A stretch of DNA of 64,000 nucleotides from Macrostomum hystrix (lineage: Eukaryota > Animalia > Platyhelminthes), in assembly GCA_950097015.1 (NCBI GenBank), contig CATNEN010000037.1, forward strand, positions 2,418,001 through 2,482,000, given 5' to 3'. Numbering within the stretch: position 1 is the first letter of the stretch; each line of letters begins with the position of its first letter. The notes under the pieces were generated by a model. That model was not told the origin of the DNA. It searched no databases and saw nothing but the letters and a program-made list of their open reading frames with translations. This document shows positions 12,257 through 21,884 of the stretch, piece after piece. Made by a program: the position numbers and the translations under genes.

Positions 12257-12428
12257 GTTGGTGACTCAGCTTAGACTCACCTGTAACCCAGCTTGTCTAT
12301 TCCCTTATCCATTAATCCATTATCAGGGAATAGAATGGATTGCTAGTCTGTACCCATGATGATATAGGAAATATAATATAGTATATAGTATATATAATAT
12401 ATAATATAATATCCCAAAACACCATCAG

Positions 12429-12540
12429 AGCATAAGCAGGAAGGTGTGCAACGGTGGCGTGACACGGGCCCAGTGCATCGAGCACCTGGCAACTAACGGA
12501 GCCGAACTGCTGCAGGAACTGAAAACTGTCAGCTTCAAAG
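12429..12540 (+). CDS. mtt: mGluR/mXR-like exon (end of Venus flytrap domain)
   Basis: Manually translated SISRKVCNGGVTRAQCIEHLATNGAELLQELKTVSFK(G); catcag acceptor and GTGAGC donor, phase 0/1. Not in the supplied ORF track. Confidence 0.9.
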
Positions 12541-12547
12541 GTGAGCA

Positions 12548-13023
12548 GAATGGATTGCTAATCGATGCCTTCAGATTAAGAAATTGAATGGATTGCTAAT
12601 CTATGCCTTCAGATTAAGAAATTGAATGGATTGCTAATCTATACCTTCAGATTAAGAAATTGAATGGATTGCTAATCTATGCCTTCAGATTAAGAAATTG
12701 AATGGATTGCTAATCGATGCCTTCAGATTAAGAAATTGAATGGATTGCTAATCTATGCCTTCAGATTAAGAAATTGAATGGATTGCTAATCTATGCCTTC
12801 AGATTAAGAAATTGAATGGATTGCTAATCTATGCCTTCAGATTAAGAAATTGAATGGATTGCTAATCGATGCCTTCAGATTAAGAAATTGAATGGATTGC
12901 TAATCTATGCCTTCAGATTAAGAAATTGAATGGATTGCTAATCTATGCCTTCAGATTAAGAAATTGAATGGATTGCTAATCTATGCCTTCAGATTAAGAA
13001 ATTGAATGGATTGCTAATCTATA
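12548..13023. repeat. Intronic 38-bp tandem repeat (AATGGATTGCTAATCTATGCCTTCAGATTAAGAAATTG)n, about 12 copies
   Basis: Starts 7 bp after the splice donor. Confidence 0.97.
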
Positions 13024-13687
13024 TTTCCCACGGACAAATTATTGGGAAGGGAAATGACCATTTTCTTCTTCCTATCAGAGAATGGATATATCCGGACACA
13101 GATGTGGGGCTAGACCAAATCGTGTATTTTTCTCATTTCTTTCTTTTATGTCTTGCAATTGATCAAAATTCAAAACTGTTTTGCAAATTTCTTGGAAAAT
13201 CATGGCAAAGTTAATTCGAAGTTTTTCTTTACGTATTTTTTGTTTGAACTGTTTTCGTGAAGGATAATAGCCAATAAAACCAACAAGAAAGCAGAGAATA
13301 TTCAAAACAGAAGATCTCGTCACAACTCTGCTTAATCCTACATAAATCCCCATCTTAGCCGGTGGGGATAATGGCTTCTGTGGATCGGGAAGATTATCCC
13401 GTTGCAGAATTGTCCGAAAACTGATACGACAGAAAATGAGCGATAAGAGAAGAGAGAGCACGTTAGGCGTGTTATCAGAGAATAGCCATGAGCCATAGCC
13501 ATGACTCTAGAAAGCTAGCTTTTAACATTATTCACTGCGGCTTCTGAGAAATCAGACACGGCACTGACCCATTGATAATAAGAATTGGACAAGATGATTT
13601 CACTGTGAGTGACTGGCTCAGAAAGGTTCCGGATTCATTGTTGACAAGACATGGTAAAGGACAATTGCTTTCAGATTGGCAGCTTTT

Positions 13688-13850
13688 TAGCCCAGCGGTA
13701 AGGGCTTTGGACTTCTGATCAAGAGGTCGGGAGTTCGAATCGCAACCCATCAAACGCAATTTGACACTTAACTTCACATTGCCTCAGTTTACCCAGACAT
13801 GAACTGGGTACCAGCATTGGCTGGGGTAGAATTTCGGGTGAGGTATGGGG
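13688..13850 (+). mobile_element. tRNA-derived CORE-like SINE, family B copy
   Basis: TAGCCCAGCGGTAAGG (A-box-like), GAGTTCGAATC (B-box), then GACACTTAACTTCACATTGCCTCAGTTTACCCAG, which resembles the CORE domain. Confidence 0.75.
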
Positions 13851-14029
13851 CCCGTAAGCACTCCCATTGGTAGCCCAGCCCGGTGCTTCCACTCATACTA
13901 CTCATAACTACTCATGTGGGGTTTCCACAATGAGCTTCTTTATCGATGATAGAACTAGCCAAAGCAGCAACTGCAGCAGGTGGGGGGCTTTTGACTGTTT
14001 GGGACTTCTCTGCTGGAGTCCGCTTCTAA

Positions 14030-14362
14030 GGGGTGAGTGGCAGAGCGGCCTAACGCGTTTGCCTCTCGCACCAAGGTGCCTGAGCTCGATTCCGCGACGA
14101 GACCACATTCATTTGGGGCGCAGCCGCGGAGAGAAGGCTTAGGGGCTCGTCGTGCAATTTACACCCTTCAGGGCCAACCTCCGAAGTCAGGGCAGATGTA
14201 CACACCTGTGTGAGCGTTTGCCTGCTTACAGTATCTGTGTGCCTGTGTGCTCAGGAGTCAGCGGAATGGGCAGAATTGCCTTTGTAGATGACTGCAGGTG
14301 TGCAGGACTGGCTGCAGGTCTATTGTCACCAAATGATGTGCTATTGCATGCAACCCTCCAAT
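14030..14362 (+). mobile_element. tRNA-derived SINE, family A, copy 2 (internal deletion)
   Basis: Aligns by eye to the reverse complement of 1612-1903, plus a degenerate tail matching the copies at 29913 and 41554. Confidence 0.85.
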
Positions 14363-14480
14363 GATGGCGCCCTTAGTCCACAGACTGAACAGCTGTTCGC
14401 AGTCCAATGGCTTTACACCTATCTAAAGGATCTAAACCAATCACTCAGCAGGTTTCCTCCCTGCCCAATCTTCCTGACAG

Positions 14481-15253
14481 GCCTGACCGGCATGGACTTT
14501 CAATTCACCAAGTTCAACTCGGACGGCCCGCCTCGCTACAAAGTGCTGAACTTTCAGTACAACCCAACTGGCGGCTACCAATGGGTCCAGGTTGGCCTAT
14601 ACGACAATGACCAGCTGCGCTTGGAGCCTGGCCAGCTGCGCTTCCGCGACGGCGTCACTTCGCCACCGGTTTCAGCCTGCCAGCCAGTGTGTCAGGTGGG
14701 CTACAAGCGCCAGATTAATCCTGGCGAGTGCCGCTGCTGGGTTTGCATCAAATGCGCCGAGTACGCCATTGTTAGCGCTGACAGTGAGCAGTGCATCGAG
14801 TGCGAGAAAGGCCAGCGACCATCGACCGATCGGTCTAGGTGCGAAGAGATCGCATTGGAATACCTGACCTACGGACATCCGATAGCAGCTGCCGCGTTGA
14901 CCTTCGCGTCAATCGGCGTTCTCGTCACCTGCTTCGCCCTGGCGGTGTTCGCCCGCTATCGCGAAACTGCCGTAGTCAAAGCGTCTGGCAAGGAGCTGTC
15001 ATTTCTGCTGCTTCTGGGCATTCTGCTGTGCTTCGCCATGACTTTTGTGCTGTGCGCCCGGCCCACCGACTGGCTGTGTGGCGTGCAACAGTTTGGAGTT
15101 GGCTTCGCGTTCTCCGTGTGCTACTCAGCACTGCTCATCAAGACCAACCGCATTGAGCGCATCTTCCGGGCAGGCAGGAAGACAATCAAACGGCCCATGT
15201 TCATCTCCCCGCTGTCCCAGGTGGTCATGTTCTGCTTGGCGGTGGCTGTACAG
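14481..15253 (+). CDS. mtt: mGluR/mXR-like exon (cysteine-rich domain and TM1-TM4)
   Basis: GLTGMDF...CQPVCQVG...CRCWVCIKC...CIECEKG...VVKASGKELSFLLLLG...ALLIKTNRIERIF...FISPLSQV; acag acceptor and GTAACT donor, phase 1/0. Confidence 0.96.
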
Positions 15254-15393
15254 GTAACTAGCTCTTTGGTTGTTAGGGGGAAATTGAAATCTGGAGTAAC
15301 CGAACTTCTAAAGTTTCTAAACGAATAATAAAACTTTTTTTTCTGGGGTGGGGACTTTGAACACTGGCTGTGACCCTTAAGCTCACACGCACA

Positions 15394-16843
15394 CTTGACT
15401 TACTTGACTTAGCGGCAGGGAGCCTCCATGACGGACGCAGCGAGGAGGCGGCTGATGCCGCCCATATCGCTAACCCCTGGCAGCCAGACAGCCTCCAGCG
15501 AGGCGGTGCCGCTCAGGGTGGTCCGTCGGTCGATTCCGCCGCGCGATCTTCCTCGCCATAGGCTGGGAAGAAATCAGCTCGGCCGGTATCCCGGAGGAAG
15601 TGGGCGAGCTGTGGGATGTTCTCGGGCGAGCAGGCTTCGGCGAGAGTCGGTGCCGGCCCGAGATGTTTTAGCCTGGCCCGGGTGAAGGCCGGGCAGTGGC
15701 AGATGAAATGCTCTGCATTTTCGCGTCCGGAGCAGCAGAAGGGACACGTTTCCTCAGGCACGTGGCCTTGAAGGTAGCGGTGTCTGGTGAAGCAGCCATG
15801 TCCCGAAAGAGCCATAGTGACTGCTCTTAGGTCTCTGCGGTTAAGCCTGAGTAAGGCCTTACGCAGGTTACTAGAGGGGGTTGGCACCGCAGCCCTGGAC
15901 TGGCGACAGTTCAGGGTGCTGGACCACCTCCTCCGGTGCTGGGTCTCCATCCAGCAGTTGATGCTGGAGTTGACAACTGAGATGGGGATCGGGGACTCCG
16001 GGCCCGGGCCCATCAGGGAGCTGGCTGCTCCAGCCTTAGCAAGCTGGTCCGCCATCTCATTCCCTGTGAACCCGGCATGCCCAGGGATCCATAGCAGCTC
16101 CACCTTGTTAGACTGCGCCAACCCGTTTAACTGGGTGTTGCAGTCCAAGGTGGTTCTGGAGCGAGAGGTGCAGCGGCTGAGGGCCTTGAGGGCTGCTTGA
16201 CTGTCGGAGTGAAAAAAGATCCTCCGACCAGCCAGCTGCCTCTGGCGCAGCTCAGCCGCACAGAAGCTGATGGCGAGCACTTCGTTTTGGAAAACGCTAG
16301 AGCTCTTGCCACAGTATTGGGAGTGGGTCCAGAGGACCTCACCACCCGAGGCAACGCACACTCCGAATCCCGATTTACCGTTCATCAGAGAGCCGTCAGT
16401 GTAACAGTGGACTGCCGGGTCATCCCAGCAGTCCTTTACCTCATTACGAGGGGAGATGCTGACTTTGTACCTGTGGCTCCGGAGTAAAGTGGCCGGGGCC
16501 CCGTCCGAAAGGACGGTGAGCCCTCCGCACTCGCCCAGAGTTTTCAGGCAGAGGTCAGAGTGAGGCAGAAGGGAGCGCTTCGAGAAGGCTCGCGAATTCT
16601 GGAAGGAGACACCCGCATCAAGAAGACGACGGGTGGACTTTGCTGCTTCCCCCTTGACGAAAATGTCAATGGGTGTAGCGTTGAGGAAAGCATTCATGCC
16701 TTCGAAGGGAGTGGAGGGTGGGGCGCCCAGCGTCATACGACAGGCTCTGCCCTGCACCCTATAAAGCGCCTCCAGGTTTTTCTGGATGCCCATGGCGCTG
16801 GCCCAGATGAGGCCAGCGTAAGCGACGGACGGTCTAATGACAC
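15394..16843 (-). mobile_element. 5'-truncated non-LTR retrotransposon (RT C-terminus, RNase H, C-terminal CCHC; Loa/R1/I-group-like)
   Basis: The ORF at 15513-16793 has RNase H motifs [26 protein letters not shown] and [21 protein letters not shown], plus CPFC...[11 protein letters not shown]. The frame extends upstream through [13 protein letters not shown]. The 3' tail is (TAAGTCAAG)x2 at 15394-15411. Confidence 0.93.
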
Positions 16844-16930
16844 TAGTGTGTACATCTGTCTATTCTCATCAGTCTAAGGATTGTCATCCGTAATTTTAAT
16901 CCGTCTGTGGACAACATCTGTCTAAGGTCA

Positions 16931-17157
16931 CTGAGCTCGATTCCGCGACGAGGCCACATTCATTTGGGGTGCAGCCGCAGAGAGAAGGCTTGGGGGCTTG
17001 TCGTGCAATTTACATCCTTGAGGGCCAACCTTCAAAGCACAGTGAGAGTGTACACTGCCTGACGATAAGAAAGTCAGGGCAGATGTACACACCTGTATGA
17101 GTGTGTGCGTGAGTGCTCAGGAGTGTGCAGCTCTTCTGCAAGTATTAATACTATGAT
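16931..17157 (+). mobile_element. tRNA-derived SINE, family A, copy 3 (5'-truncated)
   Basis: Starts at the B-box region GAGCTCGATTCCGCG; body shared with the other copies. Confidence 0.8.
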
Positions 17158-17204
17158 TAAAGAAACATTGTACAGCAGCCATTGTTCACCCAATGCCACC
17201 TCAG

Positions 17205-17644
17205 GCGGCAGTGCTCATTGTGTGGATGCGCATCGAAGCGCCGAAGGCCGTCAGTCATTATCCTTCACGCGACAAGCACCAGCTGGTGTGCGCCTCCTTA
17301 GTGGGCTCGCTCTACCTCGTCGGCCTGGTGCATCCCATGCTACTTATAGTAGTATGCACAGTCTACGCCTGCCTAACTCGCAACATTCCCGAATCCTTCA
17401 ACGAAAGCAAGCACATTGGCTTCACCATGTACAGCACCTGCGTCATCTGGCTGGGCTTTCTGCCCTGCTATTTCTCCACGGCGGCTTTCATTCACATCCG
17501 CATAGCAACACTGTGCTTCTCCATTTCCTTATCGGCCACTGTGTCACTGGCTTGCCTGTTCGGACCCAAGCTGTACATCATACTGCTGCGACCGGAGCAG
17601 AATGTCCGACAGTCCATGATGACCACGGCTAATAAACGGACACC

Positions 17645-17680
<36 letters not shown>

Positions 17681-17874
17681 CCAGCAGCACCAGCAACAGC
17701 ATCATAGCCTGCGACCTCTGTCTACATCAAACAAAGACGACTGTAGTTTATCGCACAGTTTCGCCGGCAGCACAAATCACTGCTCGGCAACTCGGGCCAT
17801 TGACGAAAGCGGGGGCGGCGAAAGGTCGGCAGGCCAGGCACATCCGACTGCCGACATCAGCACCCAGGCCGATG
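17205..17874 (+). CDS. mtt: mGluR/mXR-like exon (TM4 end to TM7 and proximal C-tail with polyQ)
   Basis: AAVLIVWMRIEAP...TRNIPESFNESKHIGFTMYSTCVIW...LFGPKLYIILLRPEQN; ctcag acceptor in phase 0. The 3' end is either a GC donor at 17875 or read-through to the stop at 17945. Confidence 0.93.
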
Positions 17875-18139
17875 GCGAGTTCCTTCCTCTCTTTGATTCC
17901 TTGTCTATAAAATACAAAAGAGCCTACTCAACAGTAGCGAGATGAGATTGCGAAGAGATTCTTGTAGGTTTGTCATATAATAAGACTCTTCTAAAAGAAG
18001 ACCTTTTCGGAACGGAAAACCGAGAGTGTATATGGATAATTCAGTAATTTATAACTAAGTGCTATAACTAGACAATTATATATTAGATAATTTGGTACAC
18101 GATAGTTCAATAATCGTTAAATTAATGCTCGTTACTTTG

Positions 18140-20480
18140 AAAATTGATAATTCAAGAATCGATAATTTGATAATTAAAGAATCGATAATTTGATAATTAG
18201 AGAATCGAAAATTTGATAATTAGAGAATCGATAATTTGATAATTAGAGAATCGATAATTTGATAATTAGAGAATCGATAATTTGATAATTAGAGAATCAA
18301 TAATTTGATAATTAGAGATTCGATAATTTGATAATTAAAAAATCGATAATTTGATAATTAGAGAATCGATAATTCGATAATTAAAGAATCGATAATTTGA
18401 TAATTAAAGAATCGATAATTTGATAATTAAAGAATCGTTAACTTGATAGTTAAAGAATCGATAATTTGATAATTAGAGAATCGATAATTTGATAATTAAA
18501 GAAACGATAATTTGATAATTAAAGAAACGATAATTTGATAATTAAAGAATCGATAATTTGATAATTAGAGAATCGATAATTTGATAATTAGAGAATCGAT
18601 AATTTGATAATTAAAGAATCGAAAATTTGATAATTCGAGAATCGATAATTTGATAATTAGAGAATCGATAATTTGATAATTAGAGAATCGATAATTTGAT
18701 AATTAGAGAATCGATAATTTTATAATTAGAGAATCGATAATTTGATAATTAAAGAATCGATAATTTGATAATTAGAGAATCGATAATTTGATAATTAGAG
18801 AATCGATAATTTGATAATTAGAGATTCGATAATTTGATAATTTGAGAATCGATAATTTGATAATTAGAGAATCGATAATTTGATAATTAGAGATTCGATA
18901 ATTTGATAATTAAAGAATCGATAATTTGATAATTAGAGAATCGATAATTTGATAATTAAAGAATCGATAATTTGATACTTAGAGATTCGATAATTTGATA
19001 ATTAGAGAATCGAAAATTTGATAATTAGAGAATCGATAATTTGATAATTAGAGAATCGATAATTTGATAATTAGAGAATCGATAATTTGATAATTAGAGA
19101 ATCGATAATTTGATAATTAGAGAATCGATAATTTGATAATTAGAGAATCGATAATTTGATAATTAGAGAATCGATAATTTGATAATTAGAGAATCGATAA
19201 TTTGATAATTAGAGAATCGATAATTTGATAATTAGAGAATCGATAATTTGATAATTAGAGATTCGATAATTTGATAATTAAAGAATCGATAATTTGATAA
19301 TTAGAGATTCGATAATTTGATAATTAGAGAATCGATAATTTGATAATTAGAGAATCGATAATTTGATAATTAGAGAATCGATAATTTGATAGTTAGAGAA
19401 TCGATAATTTGATATTTAGAGAATCGATAATTTGATAATTAGAGAATCGATAATTTGATAATTAGAGAATCGATAATTTGATAATTAAAGAATCGATAAT
19501 TTGATAATTAAAGAATCGATAATTTGATAATTAGAGAATCGATAATTTGATAGTTAGAGAATCGATAATTTGATATTTAGAGAATCGATAATTTGATAAT
19601 TAGAGAATCGATAATTTGATAATTAGAGAATCGATAATTCGATTATTATAGAATCGGTAATTCAATAATTAGAGAATCGATAATTTGATAATTAAAGAAT
19701 CGATAATTTGATAATTAGAGAATCGATAATTTGATAGTTAAAGAATCGATAATTTGATAATTAGAGAATCGATAATTTGATAATTAAAGAATCGAAAATT
19801 TGATAATTAGAGAATCGACAATTTGATAATTAGAGAATCGATAATTTGATAATTAGAGAATCGATAATTTGATAATTAGAGAATCGATAATTTGATAATT
19901 AGAGAATCGATAATTTGATAATTAGAGAATCGATAATTTGATAATTAGAGAATCGATAATTTGATTATTAGAGAATCGATAATTTGATAATTAGAGATTC
20001 GATAATTTGATAATTAAAGAATCGATAATTTGATAATTAGAGAATCGAAAATTTGATAATTAGAGAATCGATAATTTGATAATTAAAGAATCGATAATTT
20101 GATATTTAGAGAATCGAAAATTTGATAATTAGAGAATCGAAAATTTGATAATTAGAGAATCGATAATTTGATAATTAAAGAATCGATAATTTGATAATTA
20201 GAGAATCGAAAATTTGATAATTAGAGAATCGATAATTTGATTATTAGAGAATCGATAATTTGATAGTTAAAGAATCGATAATTTGATAATTAGAGAATCG
20301 ATAATTTGATAGTTAGAGAATCGATAATTTGATAATTAGAGAATCGATAATTTGATAATTAAAGAATCGATAATTCGATTATTATAGAATCAGTAATTCA
20401 ATAATTAGAGAATCGATAATTTGATAATTAAATTATTAGAGAATCCATAATTTGTAATTCGATAATCGATAATTCGATAA
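18140..20480. repeat. AT-rich 23-bp minisatellite (GATAATTTGATAATTAGAGAATC)n, about 100 copies
   Basis: Directly visible; fills the putative last intron. Confidence 0.97.
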
Positions 20481-20510
20481 TTTAATAATATATTTTCACA
20501 ATTTCTCTAG

Positions 20511-20749
20511 TTGAACTGATCGGTTTGCTGCAGACGACGCTGCACGATTCATCTGGCGCCGCATCGTCAGCAGCCGGTGCAGAACACGCAGCCAGCCAGA
20601 GCTCCATCACCACCCAGACCAACAGCGTCTATCAGAACGACTGCGTCACCCAGACAAGCTTCCAGTCGCCAGAAGAGCTAATGTTTGAGCCGGGTATGGG
20701 CCGAAGAATCTATTTCCTGTCTGAGAACACTGCGGAAGTGCAGCTGTAA
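20511..20749 (+). CDS. mtt: Putative terminal exon of the mGluR/mXR-like gene (distal C-tail ending ...ENTAEVQL*)
   Basis: A GC-rich, coding-like island after the acceptor ttttcacaatttctctag. Its phase 1 matches the GC donor at 17875. Stop TAA at 20747-20749. Confidence 0.7.
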
Positions 20750-20779
20750 ATAACAATGTCCCATTTTTTGGAGTCTTTA

Positions 20780-21270
20780 GATTTCCCAACGTCCTCTTCT
20801 CTCCTTTCCTTCCACCGTCCTCTTCTCTCCTTTCCCCCCACCCTCCTCTTCTCTCCTTTCCCCCACCGTCCTCTTCTCTCCTTTCCCCCCACCCTCCTCT
20901 TCTCTCCTTTCCCCCCACCCTCCTCTTCTCTCCTTCCCCCCACCGTCCTCTTCTCTCCTTTCCCCCCACCCTCCTCTTCTCTCCTTTCCCCCCACCCTCC
21001 TCTTCTCTCCTTCCCCCCACCGTCCTCTTCTCTCCTTTCCCCCGACCCTCCTCTTCTCTCCTTTCCCCCACCGTCCTCTTCTCTCCTTCCCCCCACCCTC
21101 CTCTTCTCTCCTTTCCCCCCCACCGTCCTCTTCTCTCCTTTCCCCCCACCCTCCTCTTCTCTCCTTTCCCCCCACCGTCCTCTTCTCTCCTTTCCCCCCA
21201 CCGTCCTCTTCTCTCCAGACTCCTTTCCCCCCACCCTCCTCTTCTCTCCCTTCCCCCCACCGTCCTCCTC
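20780..21270. repeat. Pyrimidine-rich ~26-bp tandem repeat (CCCCACCGTCCTCTTCTCTCCTTTC-like)
   Basis: Directly visible just 3' of the stop codon. Confidence 0.92.
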
Positions 21271-21884
21271 TTTTCCATTATCCTTATACCTCATTCTCAC
21301 CCAGATTTTTTATTTCTCCCCTCTCACAGCGGGTGAAGATTTGGTCTACCTCAATACTGTTGTCTACAATGACTACTTACGAGCTACTTTATCCTGCCGC
21401 ACATTAGTTATCAATTTAAAATATCTTTCTCATTTAGGCAAATCTGACAATTGAAAAGCACTTGTAATTTCACTGTTCCAATATGAGTATTTTCATCATC
21501 TGTTCATGGCTTGATATTTTTCACAGCCGTCTGCTAGCACTAACCTACCAGTGTTGTTTTTCAACATGGAAATGTTGGTATCGTAAGAAATCTAACGTAC
21601 TAATATAAATTCCAGCTGTAATGGACCCGTGTTTGAGAAGCAATCCTTAACCAAATGCCCAAATCTCGCCTCCGTCAGATTGTTGCAAATTAAAATCTTT
21701 TATTTTGAAGGCGAGATTTTCACTCCTGATTTTGTGTGCAAACACGCATTTCAACAGATAAAATACACGAACCGATGTTAATAAAAATTGTTCTGTTACT
21801 CGGAATCCGTGACAGAATAAAATAGTCTTTTTGTGAATTCTGCGTCGTTGACCTACATACCTATTTTTCATATTAGCTGAGTCA

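Noticed and set aside
13688-13750. tRNA gene candidates (also 14030-14092, 45320-45380 and 55900-55945)
   Set aside because: They have A/B boxes but no pairing acceptor stem, and they continue directly into repeated SINE bodies.
14288-14480. N-terminal extension of the 346-aa ORF
   Set aside because: It is a SINE tail plus intron sequence; receptor homology starts at the acceptor at 14480.
15420-15512. Shared 3' tail between the LINE and SINE-A (GCCTCCTCGCTG match)
   Set aside because: The match is only about 12 nt and not terminal in either element, which is insufficient to call a SINE-LINE partnership.
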